Assembly (NCBI GenBank): GCA_963849095.1
Contig: CAWKGA010000010.1
Span: 31,412 to 95,411, forward strand
Length of the DNA: 64,000 nt
Direction of reading: 5' to 3'
From: an uncultured Gammaproteobacteria bacterium
GTDB lineage: Bacteria; Pseudomonadota; Gammaproteobacteria; Steroidobacterales; Steroidobacteraceae
Part shown: in pieces, positions 28,035 to 37,983 of the stretch
Numbering within the stretch: the first letter of the stretch is position 1
Layout: the number at the start of each line of letters is the position of its first letter
Made by a program: the position numbers and the translations under genes
The notes under the pieces: generated by a model
What the model was told of the DNA's origin: nothing
The model's database searches: none
The model's input: only the letters and a program-made list of their open reading frames with translations

Positions 28035-30008
28035 ATGAACACCCCCGCCGATTCCGATCCGTCGAAGGAGCCGATCTTTCCGCGTTCTCATCGATTGATC
28101 CGCCACCTGGCGCTGCTCTACGGGATCGTCACCCTCGCGGTGGCCGTGTTCCTCGTCCTCGCTCTGCTGCCGCCCACCGTCCTGCCGGAGATCCGAGCCA
28201 TGGCGCGGGAGGCCGTCGCGGGCGGGCTCGGGGCCATGGTGCTCCCGGCGCTGCTGCTGGCCCTGACCGCCCTTACCGCCACGCTCGCCTTGACCACGGC
28301 CCGGTTTCGATATTCTACGGCAGCGGAGGAGGCCGCAGGCGCTGCATCTGCGCGCCGGCTCGAGCGTCGCGAGGATCCCGGCTTTGCCGGACGCATGGGC
28401 CAGGCCTTCATCGTGCCGGCCGGGGCCGTCTGCATCTGGGTGGCCATAACGCTGATGTGGCCAGCCTCCGCCGGCGTAGAGCACACCGCCGGCAGCGACA
28501 TCGTGGCGGCCTTGGTGTTTGGGATCGCCTTTGTCTCGCTCGTCTGCGAGCGGGTGATGAACGCCTTTCCGCAGCCCCAGCTGCCGGAGGCGCCCACGCT
28601 GCGGAGGCTGCTGCTGCTCGCGACCCTGATTCTGGCCGCAGCGGCGTGCATCGAGCTCGGCCACGGCGCCGGGCTGGGCTGGCTGCACTGGCCGGAGCTC
28701 GTCGTGATCTGCATCCCAGGCGTCGTAGCGGCGGAGCTTGCCATACGCGCGCTGGCGCGACTGTTTCTCCCCCAGCGCGCCCCGGAGGACGCTCGGGCGG
28801 TGACGGACAGTATTGTCGTCGCGCTCATCACCGGTGGTCCGCGCGCGCCGGCGAACTTGCTCCGCACTCAATTTGGCCTCGACTTCGCCCGCAGCTGGGC
28901 GCTGTCGTTCCTGACCGCGGCGGCGCTGCCGGCGCTTGCCGGCACCGCGCTGCTCTGCTGGTGCTTGAGCGGGCTGAAGCTCATCGACTGGGCGCACCGG
29001 GGGATCTACGAGAGGTTCGGCGCCCCGGTTGCCGTGCTCGGTCCGGGGCTGCACCTGCTGCTGCCCTGGCCGCTCGGGAGGCTCCGTCCCGTCGAGTATG
29101 GCGCGATTCATGCGGTGCCGATCGGTGTTGACGAGTCCACACCCGAGGCGGCAACCGGGCCGATCGGCGCGGAAGCGCCGCCCCCGGTGACCCTCAACCG
29201 GTTGTGGGAGACGGCTCACGCCGATCAGGCCCATTACCTCGTGCCGAGCCTGGGCACCGCCAAGCAGAGCTTTCAGAGTGTCAGCACCGAGATCTACGTA
29301 TTGTATCGTGTGGGCCTCACCAACGCCGCCGCCTTGCAATCGGTCTATACGGTCGCGGATCCGCAATCCCTCATCGCGGAAGCCGCGAGCCGCCTGGTCC
29401 TGCGCTATTTCAACTCGCGGACGCTCGATCAGGTGATCGGCGCGGAGCGCGAGAACGTCGCGGGCACGCTGCAGGCGGAGCTGGCGGCGGATCCGGCCAT
29501 CCACGGAGCGGGGATCGACATCGTGTCCGTGCTGATCGAGGAGATCCATCCGCCCGAGGGCGCGGCCGCCGCGTACCACGCCGTACAAGCTGCCCAGATC
29601 AACGCGCTCGCGAGCATCTCCAACGAGAAAACTCGCGCCGAGAGCCGGGCCGCCGTCGCGCAGGCGGAGGCCCACCAGCTCGATACAGTGGCCGACGCCC
29701 GCGCGGTCGAGATCGTTCATGCCGCCGATGCCGATGCGTATCGCTTCGATGCGGACCGCCGCGCTTACGACGAGGGCCAGCGATCGTTTCTGCTCGAGCG
29801 CACCTTCAGCACGTACGCCGCAGCGCTGTCGCGGACGCACATCACCTTGGTCGACCATCGGCTGAAATCCGACCAGCGCCCGATCCTAGACCTGCGCGAG
29901 CTCGCCGTTGCGCCGCCTGCAGGCGAGGGGACGGGCAGTGCGCAGAGCGGGGTGGCCGCGAGCAGCTCGACTCCACCCCTCACACCGGCGATCGTGCCTA
30001 CGGAGTGA
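28035..30008 (+). CDS. SPFH/Band-7 (HflK-like) protein with a ~300-aa N-terminal polytopic membrane domain
   Basis: ATG 28035. Multiple hydrophobic helices, then an SPFH core (GIYERFGAPVAVLGPGLHLLLPWPLG ... GIDIVSVLIEEIHPPE) and a coiled-coil tail. Confidence 0.7.
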   Translation: MNTPADSDPSKEPIFPRSHRLIRHLALLYGIVTLAVAVFLVLALLPPTVLPEIRAMAREAVAGGLGAMVLPALLLALTALTATLALTTARFRYSTAAEEAAGAASARRLERREDPGFAGRMGQAFIVPAGAVCIWVAITLMWPASAGVEHTAGSDIVAALVFGIAFVSLVCERVMNAFPQPQLPEAPTLRRLLLLATLILAAAACIELGHGAGLGWLHWPELVVICIPGVVAAELAIRALARLFLPQRAPEDARAVTDSIVVALITGGPRAPANLLRTQFGLDFARSWALSFLTAAALPALAGTALLCWCLSGLKLIDWAHRGIYERFGAPVAVLGPGLHLLLPWPLGRLRPVEYGAIHAVPIGVDESTPEAATGPIGAEAPPPVTLNRLWETAHADQAHYLVPSLGTAKQSFQSVSTEIYVLYRVGLTNAAALQSVYTVADPQSLIAEAASRLVLRYFNSRTLDQVIGAERENVAGTLQAELAADPAIHGAGIDIVSVLIEEIHPPEGAAAAYHAVQAAQINALASISNEKTRAESRAAVAQAEAHQLDTVADARAVEIVHAADADAYRFDADRRAYDEGQRSFLLERTFSTYAAALSRTHITLVDHRLKSDQRPILDLRELAVAPPAGEGTGSAQSGVAASSSTPPLTPAIVPTE

Positions 30009-30042
30009 TGACCATGACAGTGCTTTCAGGGCCCTGACCGAT

Positions 30043-31030
30043 ATGTTCATCGATCCTCCCTCGGGGACTCCCGCCGGTGCTGCTCGCGATCGCCGCTTCG
30101 GGCCGCAGTTGCGCATTGCCGCCTCAGCGCTGATCCTGCTCGCCGCGATCGCCGCGGCGTGCATCGTCATGGTGCCGGCGGGCGAGGCCGCCGTCATCAC
30201 GCGCTTCGGCAATCCCGTCCGCGTCGTGACGCAGCCCGGACTCGCGTGGAAGCTGCCGGCGCCGTTCGAGAGCAGCATTCCGATCGATCTGCGCCTGCGT
30301 ACGACCTCCACCGGACTGCAGGATGTCGGCACGCGCGACGGCTTGCGGGTGTTGATGCAGGCTTATGTCGCATGGCAGGTGCCGAGCGATCCGCAGCGGG
30401 TGCGGCAGTTCCTGCGCTCGGTGCGCAATCAGCCCGACGAGGCGGCACGCCAGCTGCGCAGCTTCGTCTTCGCGCAACTGCACATCATCTCGAGCAACTT
30501 CGAGCTGACCGATCTCGTCAATATCGACCCGCAGAAGGTGCGGCTCGATGCCTTCGAGCGGCAGCTGCGCGACCAGATCGCGCCGCGCATGCTGCAGGTG
30601 TACGGCATCGACATCCGCCAAGTCGGCATCGAGCGCATGACGCTGCCCGACGAAACGCTTGCCGCCACGGTGGCTCGGATGCGCGCGGAGCGCGAGACCG
30701 TGGCCGAGCGGCGCACGGCCGACGGACTGCGGCAGGCCGCGGCCATCCGCGCCGACGCCGACCGGGATGCGCCGGGAAGTCGTCGCGCAGGCGCGCGAGC
30801 AGGCGGCGCACACGGAGGCGGACGCCGAGCAGGCCGCGGCGCGCATCTACGCCAAGGCTTATCAGAGCGATCCGGGGCTTTACACGACGCTGCGCTCGCT
30901 CGATGCGCTTGGTCAGATGATGGGCCGCAACGCAAGCGTGGTGCTGCGGACCGACGCGGCGCCGTTCCGGGTGCTGGTCGACGGGCCCGCGGGCCTCAAC
31001 TCGCCGCCCGGCTCGAAGACAGGCCCGTGA
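30043..31030 (+). pseudogene. HflC-like SPFH protein, one frame change near 30765-30778 (or assembly indel)
   Basis: Frame 1 gives AAVITRFGNPVRVVTQPGLAWKLP...ERETVAERRTADGLRQAAAIRADADRDA. The continuation RREVVAQAREQAAHTEADAEQAAARIYAKAYQSDPGLYTTLRSLDAL...* is in the next frame (ORF 30659..31030). Confidence 0.65.
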
Positions 31031-32114
31031 GCGAGGTTCTCGACTCCTTTCCAGCGTCCGAAGCGGTCGAGCCGGTCGGGCCGCCGCCGCCGCCGCCGCC
31101 CGGGCCCATCGCCCAGTCGGTGGCGATTGGGTTCCGCGCCGTCTATGCCGCCGGATTGCTGTTGCTGCTGATCTGGCTCACGAGCAACGTGCGCGAGATC
31201 GCCTCGGACAGCCAGGCGGTCGTGCTGCGCTTCGGACGCATCGTGCGCACACAGCAGTCCGGCTTGCTGGTCGCCTGGCCGCGTCCGATCGAGAAGGTCG
31301 AGCTGCTGCCGGGCCCGGAGCGGCAGTTGAGCCAGGACGTCTCGACGCTCCCGCCGTCGAGCGAGAAGTCCCAGGAGCTCGTCGGGCCGTTCGACGCGAC
31401 GCAGGCGATGCCTCAGAACATCGCCGCGTACCTGACGGGCGACGGCAACGTCGTGCTGCTCAACGCCACTCTGATCTACCGCATCAACGATCCGATCGCC
31501 TATGCGCTGGAGCAGACCCACGTCGCTCCCGCGCTCGATCGCTTGTTCCGCGCAACGACCGTGCACGTCACGGCCGGCCGGGATCTCGATGACTTCCTGG
31601 TCGTGGAGAACGCCAATCCGCAAAGCACCGACCAGGCCGTGATGCGCGCCGAGGTGCGCAGCTCGCTGCTCAGCACCATGAACGCGCGCCTGCAGGCTCT
31701 TGCAGCCGCCGGCACGCCGTTCGGCGTGGAGGTCGAGCGCATCGACATGACGGCGTACTATCCCCCGGAGGCCAAGACGGCGTTCGACGCCGTGCTGGTC
31801 GCGACCCAGGCGGCCGACCGAGGCGTGGCCGAGGCGAGTACCGATGCCGAGCGCCGGCGGCAGGAAGCGAACCGCGAGCACGACCAGCTGCTGAGCGCGG
31901 CCCAGGCGACGGCGACGGAGCTCGTGAGCCGAGCCAACGTCGATACCGCGCGCATCCTCGCACTGGCGCGTCAAGAGACGCCGCAAACCCGCAGCAGCCT
32001 CGTGCTGCGAGAGTACCGGGCGGAGGTCGCGAGATCATGAACCGCGTCGGATCGGCCGTTTTGATCGACCCCAAGACGGGCGTACGCTACGTCTTGCCCG
32101 GAAAGCCCAAATGA
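31027..32114 (+). pseudogene. HflK-like SPFH protein, frame change near 32025-32040 (or assembly indel)
   Basis: GTG 31027 overlaps the previous stop (GTGA). Pro-rich N-terminus, one TM helix, and an SPFH core (AVVLRFGRIVRTQQSGLLVAWPRPIE). After the apparent stop at 32038, another frame reads EIMNRVGSAVLIDPKTGVRYVLPGKPK* (HflK-like end), and its TGA overlaps the ATPase ATG at 32111. Confidence 0.6.
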
Positions 32115-34126
32115 GCGCCACCCCCGACACCTCCAGCTACAGCCCCGCCGCAGTACAGCTGCCACCCGGCGGCCAGATCACCGGCCGGCCTGTGCCGCTG
32201 CTCGACCGTGCCGAGCGTTGGCTGCTCGGGCTGCGCTTGACGCTGGCGCTCGCCGCGGGCTGCGTGCTCATCGTGGCGGTCGGCATGAGGCTGCTCTTCC
32301 CGAGCGAAGCCGGCATTGCCGAACTGGTCGCCGGGATCTGCCGCGGCACTGGTGGCCGTGCCGGTGTTCGTCGAGGCCTGGCAGAGCCTGCGGCATCCGA
32401 GCCTGCACGGCATCACCGACCGGCTGGTCGCGCTGGCGCTCATTGCTGCGTGGGCGACCGGCGATCTCATGACGGCCGCTCTCCTGCCGATCATCATGAC
32501 GCTCGGCCACATGCTGGAGGAGCGCAGCATGCTCGGCTCGCATGAAGCCGTGCGAGCCCTCACCCGATTGACGGAGGCCGACAGCCGCCGGCTCCTGCCG
32601 GACGGCACCGTCGAGATGGTTCCCAGCGCACAGCTCAAGGTGGGCGATCTGATCGAGCTGCGCGCCGGTGAGCGCGTGCCGGCCGACGGCATCGTGCGCC
32701 GCGGCCACTCGAGCCTCGATCTCGCCTCGCTCACGGGCGAATCGGTTCCGGTCGAGATCGCCGAAGGCGACCAGGTCCTCGCCGGCGCGATGAATATCGA
32801 CGGGCTGCTGCAAGTCGAGCTCACCCGCGTGGGCGAGGAGAGCACCGTCGGTCGCATCATCGCGCCTGATGCGGGAGGCCGAGAACGCGAAGCCTCCGGT
32901 GACGCGGCTGCTCGATCACTATGCCGGACAGTACATGGCGCTGGTGCTGCTGGTTGCCGCCGGCACCTGGCTGATCACCGACAATGTGCCGGCGATGCTC
33001 GCGGTGCTGGTCGCCTCGTGTCCGTGCGCGCTGGTGCTGGCGGCTCCGTCCACCGCCGTCGCCGCCATCGCCGTCGCGGCACGCCACGGCATCCTGATCA
33101 AGGGCTCCGGGTTCCTCGAGCATCTGGCGGACGTCTCGTCGGTCATCTTCGACAAGACCGGGACCGTCACCACCGGCGATCTGCGCCTCGCCGAGATACG
33201 GCCGATGCCCGGCGTCGATCCGCAGCTCCTGCAGCGCCTGGGCGCAGGTCTCGGGGCCGCGAGCAACCATCCGCTGAGCCGCGCCGTCGCCGCATCCGTC
33301 CCCCAGCAGGACCAGCTGGCAGTGGCAGACTCCCGGGAGCTCGGTGGGTTCGGCGTCACTGGCCGGTATCACGGCGAGCCGGTCGCGCTCGGCCGCGCCG
33401 ATCTGTTCGAGCGCTTGGGGATCGAGGTGCCCGCGGCTCCGGCACACAACGGTCCGATCGCAGGCGTCAGCCTCGGCGAGAAGTTCCTCGGCTGGCTGCT
33501 GTTCTTCGATCAGCTGCGCGCGAGCGCGGCCCCGGCCGTGCAGGACCTGAAGTGCCTCGGCATCGAGCACATGGTGCTGCTCACGGGCGATCGCTATCCC
33601 GCGGCGCAGGCAGGTCGCGCGCGAGATCGGCATCGATAACGTCTATGCCGAGATGCTGCCCGAGCAGAAGATGGATCGCGTCATGCAGGAGATCAAGCTC
33701 GGCCACCGTCCCATGGTGGTCGGCGATGGCATCAACGACTCGCTGGCCTTGCGCGCCGGCGCCGTCGGCGTGGCCATGGGCGCGCAGGGAACGGGCGATG
33801 TCGCCTTCGCGTCCGCGGACCTCGCGCTGATGACCAATGATCTGCGGCGGCTCGGCACCTGCATCCGCCTGAGCCGCCGATGCCGCCGGACGATTTATGT
33901 CAATGTCGCGATCGGCCTGGGATTCACGTTCGGGCTGATCGTTCTCGCCGGCGCGGGAGTGCTCGGCGTCGAGGCGCCGATCATCGCGGCGCTGCTGCAC
34001 AACGTCAGCACCTTCATCGGCCTCGGCAATGCCGGCCGGCTGCTGCTCTTCGATGAGACGCAAGGAGCCGCCGCCGGGACGATCTCCGCTCAGCTCCCGG
34101 AGCGCCTCACCTCCAGCTCCTCGTAG
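32111..34126 (+). pseudogene. P1B-type heavy-metal P-type ATPase without an N-terminal HMA domain; three frame changes (~32336-32345, ~32861-32868, ~33608-33616) or assembly indels
   Basis: Four consecutive ORF pieces (32111, 32316, 32869, 33653) carry TGES (LTGESVPV), SCPCALV, DKTGT (FDKTGTVTTG), LTGD, MLPEQK, VGDGINDS and a terminal HNVSTFIGLGNAGRLL. Confidence 0.8.
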
Positions 34127-35109
34127 CCCTTGTAGCGGTAGATAAGGACCGAGGCGACCCAGGTGACGATGAAGATGCCGATGATGATGAAGCCAAGGCC
34201 GTTGAAGTTGCCGTTCAGGCGGTCGATCACGCCCCAGAAGGCGCCGGACAGATGCATCTGGTTCTCGATGAGGCCAAGCGCCTCGATACCACCGATGAGC
34301 AGGGCGACGATCACCGAGACGAGCGTGATGGTCATGTTGTAGAACAGCTTGCGAATGGGCTTGACGAACGCCCAGTCGTAGGCGCCGAGCATCAGGACGC
34401 CGTCGGTCGTATCGATCAGCGACATGCCCGCCGCGAAGAGCGTGGGAAAGACCATGATCGCCCAGATCGAGGTGCCCTTGGCGGCCTGCGTCGCGGAGAT
34501 GCCGAGCAACGCGACCTCGGTTGCGGTGTCGAAGCCCAGCCCGAAGAGAAAACCGAGCGGGAACATGTGCCAGCTGTGCCTGACCAGGCGAAACAACGGA
34601 CGGAACAGCCGGGCGGCAAAGCCTCGCTTGTTGAGCAGCAGGTCGAGATCCTCCTCGACGTACGCTCCGCCGCGGCGGATGTGGTGGAAGGTGATCCACA
34701 CCGCGCGGAAGATCATGAGGTTCATCAGGGCGATCAACAGCAGGAACAGCGCCGAGACCGAGGTGCTGATGATGCCGCCGATGCCGCGGAGCAGGTCGAA
34801 GTGTCCGGCGAGCATCGTCGCGGTGGTGGCGATGGCCGCGGCCGCGAGGATCACCACGGTCGAGTGGCCCATCGCGAAGTAGAACCCTACCGTGACCGGC
34901 CGCTTGCCCTCCTGCATCAGCTTGCGTGTCACGTTGTCGATGGCGGCAATGTGATCGGCGTCCACGGCGTGGCGCAGGCCGAAGCCGTAAGCGAGGAGTG
35001 CCGTGCCGAGCAGAATCGGCTGACGGCGGAAGATCAGCACCGCCCAGATCCACGCGACGAGATTGATCAGCAGCAGGATGCCGTATATCCCGGCGATGGA
35101 GCGGCGCAT
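34090..35109 (-). CDS. HoxN/HupN/NixA-family nickel/cobalt transporter (NiCoT)
   Basis: ATG 35109 with AAGGAG 9 nt upstream. Signature RHAVDADHIAAIDN and LGFDTATE. 8 TM helices. Confidence 0.85.
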   Translation of the reverse strand: MRRSIAGIYGILLLINLVAWIWAVLIFRRQPILLGTALLAYGFGLRHAVDADHIAAIDNVTRKLMQEGKRPVTVGFYFAMGHSTVVILAAAAIATTATMLAGHFDLLRGIGGIISTSVSALFLLLIALMNLMIFRAVWITFHHIRRGGAYVEEDLDLLLNKRGFAARLFRPLFRLVRHSWHMFPLGFLFGLGFDTATEVALLGISATQAAKGTSIWAIMVFPTLFAAGMSLIDTTDGVLMLGAYDWAFVKPIRKLFYNMTITLVSVIVALLIGGIEALGLIENQMHLSGAFWGVIDRLNGNFNGLGFIIIGIFIVTWVASVLIYRYKGYEELEVRRSGS

Positions 35110-35309
35110 GGGCGCGCGCTCCTTGCTCAGAAAATAATGGAGGATGCCGAACATGTCAGACTCATCGAGCGGTGGCAGCGGGGAGCGCCAAGCTTCGGTC
35201 CAGACCCTCTCGATAGCCCCATGACAACCCTCGCGCCAGCTTATCCTGTCTAATACGCTGCTAGGGCCTGCTTCCCTCAACCGGACTCACGGACCCTCGG
35301 AGGCGCTCC

Positions 35310-36377
35310 ATGTTGTTGCGATCCGGGGCGTGGCCTGGTGCCGCATTCGCCGTCCTCTCGGCGATCCTGTTCGGCGCCGGCACGCCGCTTGCCAAGGTGC
35401 TGCTGCGAGACGGATTGAGCGCGCAGCTCCTTGCCGGCCTGTTCTATCTCGGCTCGGGGACGGGGCTCGGCGCTATCTTTCTCGTGCGAAGAGCGCTCGG
35501 CGCGAGATCCGGCGAGGCGCGGCTGCGGCGCGAGGATCTGCCGCAATTCTCGCTCGCGGTGCTGCTCGGCGGAATCATCGCGCCCGTCCTCATGATGGTC
35601 GGCCTCGAGCGCACCTCTGCGGCTTCGGCCTCGCTCCTGCAGAGCCTCGAGGGGCTCGCCACCATGGGCATTGCGTGGGTCGTGTTCCGGGAGAACGTCG
35701 ACCGCCGGCTGCTCGCGGGCGCACTCGCCATTCTCGCCGGCGCGGTTCTGTTGTCCTGGAGCGGGGGATCCGTCCGCGCGAGCTCCGGCGCGCTACTCAT
35801 CGCTGCGGCCTGCGTCGCCTGGGGCGCGGACAACAATCTCACGCGCCCGCTGGCCAAGGCGGATCCGGTACAGATCGCCGCGATCAAGGGCCTGGTTGCG
35901 GGCTCCGCGAATGTGGCGCTGGCCCTTGCGGTGCACGCTCACCTGCCATCCGCCGGAACCGTCGCTGCCGCCGGTATTGTGGGCTTTTTCGCCTATGGGG
36001 TGAGCCTCGCTCTGTATGTGCTCGGCCTGCGGCATCTCGGGGCGGCGCGCACCGCGGCTTACTTCTCCACCGCGCCGTTCATCGGCTCGGCGCTCGCCGT
36101 CGGGCTGCTTTCCGAGCCGCTCACCTTGCGGCTCCTCGGTGCGGGCGCCCTGATGGGCGTCGGCCTTTACCTACATCTCACCGAGCGCCACCAGCACCTG
36201 CACCAGCACGAGTCTCTCGAGCACGCGCATCGCCACGTCCACGATGAACACCACCAGCACGAGCACACGCCGTCGGACCCGCCGGGCGAGCCGCACTCCC
36301 ACTCGCATCGCCACGAGCCCCTCACGCACAGCCATCCGCATTACCCGGATCTGCACCACAGGCACGGTCATTCCTGA
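35310..36377 (+). CDS. EamA/DMT-family transporter with a His-rich C-terminal tail
   Basis: 10 TM helices in two EamA repeats. The last ~67 aa (from 36174) contain about 24 His (HLTERHQHLHQHESLEHAHRHVHDEHHQHEH...HSHSHRHEPLTHSHPHYPDLHHRHGHS). Confidence 0.75.
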   Translation: MLLRSGAWPGAAFAVLSAILFGAGTPLAKVLLRDGLSAQLLAGLFYLGSGTGLGAIFLVRRALGARSGEARLRREDLPQFSLAVLLGGIIAPVLMMVGLERTSAASASLLQSLEGLATMGIAWVVFRENVDRRLLAGALAILAGAVLLSWSGGSVRASSGALLIAAACVAWGADNNLTRPLAKADPVQIAAIKGLVAGSANVALALAVHAHLPSAGTVAAAGIVGFFAYGVSLALYVLGLRHLGAARTAAYFSTAPFIGSALAVGLLSEPLTLRLLGAGALMGVGLYLHLTERHQHLHQHESLEHAHRHVHDEHHQHEHTPSDPPGEPHSHSHRHEPLTHSHPHYPDLHHRHGHS

Positions 36378-36413
36378 CCGGCCCCGCGGCGGGGCTGGTG
36401 AGCAGTGCCGCGG

Positions 36414-37196
36414 CTAGCGAGACCAGACGCTCGCGGCGAGGTAGGTGAGGCCGCCGAGCGCCGTGATCCAGAAGCTGCTCGGCCAGTCCGTGTAGTAGGC
36501 GAGCGCGAGCCCTCCCCATGCGTCGACGAGCGCGAGCGCCACGGCGAGCAGCACGCCCGGACCGATGCGGCTCGTCAGGCGTTGCGCCGCTGCCGCTGGG
36601 GCGACCATCAACGCGAACACGAGCAGCACGCCGACGATCTGCGCGCATTCGGCGGTGGCCACGGCGACAATGGCGAGAAACAGCACCGAGACCCGCCGCA
36701 GCGGCACTCCTTTCGCCTCGGCGAGCTCCGGCTGCAGGGTCGCGAAGAGCAGTGGGCGCGAGATGACCGCGAGGCCGAGGAGGCTCACCACCGCGAGGAG
36801 CGCGAGGCTGTCGAGCGTCCCCGTATCCACCCCGAGGAGATTCCCGAAGAGCAGCGCCGTCGCCTCGGCCGCGTATGCCGTGAAGAAGTGCAGGAACAGC
36901 AGTCCGAGGCCGAGCGAGAGGGCGAGGATGATGCCGATCGCCACGTCCCGGCCCTCCAGCCGCTCGCCGAGCAGGCCCATCCCCACGCCGCCGCTCACGG
37001 CGCTCGCGAGGAACCCCCACAGGGGCGAGATGCCGACCAGCACCGCTCCGGTCGCGCCGGCGAAGCCGACGTGCGCGAGTGCGTGCCCGGCGAAAGTCTG
37101 CCCGCGCAGCACCAGGAAGTAGCCGGCGCACGCAGCGACGATCGCGACGACGGTCGCCGCGTAGAACGCATGCTGCATGAAGCCGTATTCAAACAT
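36414..37196 (-). CDS. Metal ABC transporter permease (ABC-3 family, ZnuB/TroD-like)
   Basis: Start MFEYGFMQHAFYAATVVAIV (ATG 37196), overlapping the ATPase stop. About 8 TM helices. Confidence 0.85.
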   Translation of the reverse strand: MFEYGFMQHAFYAATVVAIVAACAGYFLVLRGQTFAGHALAHVGFAGATGAVLVGISPLWGFLASAVSGGVGMGLLGERLEGRDVAIGIILALSLGLGLLFLHFFTAYAAEATALLFGNLLGVDTGTLDSLALLAVVSLLGLAVISRPLLFATLQPELAEAKGVPLRRVSVLFLAIVAVATAECAQIVGVLLVFALMVAPAAAAQRLTSRIGPGVLLAVALALVDAWGGLALAYYTDWPSSFWITALGGLTYLAASVWSR

Positions 37197-37983
37197 GGTG
37201 GCGATGCTCGTCGCGCTCCACCTCGAGCCCGGCCGAGAGGACGAAGACCCGGCCATGCAGGCGCAGGACCTCGATGTCCGCGTCATACAGCCTCGATAGC
37301 GACGGACCCGTGATGATCTCGTCCACGGTCCCGAGAGCGGCTTGCTGGTTACCGAGGTACAGCACGCGGTCGATCGCATCGAGCAGCGGGTTGAGCTCGT
37401 GGGCGCTGAACAGCACGGTGATCGCGAGCTCACGCTGGATCTGCTTCACGAGCTGCACTACACCGTGCTGATGCCGCGGATCGAGGCTGATCAGAGGCTC
37501 ATCGAGCAGCAGCAGTCGCGGCCGGCCGAGCAGCGCCTGGGCGAGGAGCAAGCGCTGCCGCTCGCCGCCCGACAGCGTGGCTAGCGTCCGCTTGGCGAGC
37601 GCGCCGGCACCCACCTGCTCGAGAGCCCGGTCGACATCGCGTCGCGCCGAGGCGCCCAGGATCGGCAGGCCCCAGCGATGGCCCTGCGCCGCATTGGCGA
37701 CGAAGCTCCAGCCGCTCAGGCGATGGTTCGCCGCGAAGCTGCGCACCTGCGGCATGTAACCGAGCGCCGGGTTGCCGCGCACGACCGGTCGGTCGAGCAC
37801 CCGGATGCTACCCGCCACGGGCGTGACCAGCCCGAGGATGGCCCGCATCAGGGTCGTCTTGCCCGCGCCGTTGGGGCCCAGCACGCCGATGAATTCCCCG
37901 TCCCGGATATCGAGATCCGTGTCGGCGAGGATGCAGCGATCGCCGATCTGCAGGCGGACCCCGCGAAATTCGACGGCGCTCAA
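37189..37983 (-). CDS. Metal ABC transporter ATP-binding protein (ZnuC/TroB-like)
   Basis: Walker A GPNGAGKTT, LSGGERQR, LLLLDEP. The TTG at 37983 overlaps the SBP stop (TTGA). An alternative ATG at 38037 would overlap the SBP gene by 58 nt. Confidence 0.8.
   Translation of the reverse strand: MSAVEFRGVRLQIGDRCILADTDLDIRDGEFIGVLGPNGAGKTTLMRAILGLVTPVAGSIRVLDRPVVRGNPALGYMPQVRSFAANHRLSGWSFVANAAQGHRWGLPILGASARRDVDRALEQVGAGALAKRTLATLSGGERQRLLLAQALLGRPRLLLLDEPLISLDPRHQHGVVQLVKQIQRELAITVLFSAHELNPLLDAIDRVLYLGNQQAALGTVDEIITGPSLSRLYDADIEVLRLHGRVFVLSAGLEVERDEHRHHV

Noticed and set aside
27801-29858. 685-aa minus-strand ORF
   Set aside because: It is antisense to the SPFH gene at 28035-30008, with an Arg/Gly-rich low-complexity translation. 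Shadow ORF.
30765-30778. Programmed ribosomal frameshifting at this and the other frame-change sites
   Set aside because: There is no slippery heptamer (X XXY YYZ), poly-A or poly-T run at any of the nine sites. The flanking sequence is ordinary GC-rich coding DNA.
35110-35309. Possible cobalamin or NiCo riboswitch in the NiCoT 5' region
   Set aside because: Fragments such as GAGGGAAGCAGG and GGTCTGGACC appear, but no B12 box (AGCCAGGAGACCTGCC-like) is present and the elements are in the wrong order. I could not fold a consistent structure by eye.
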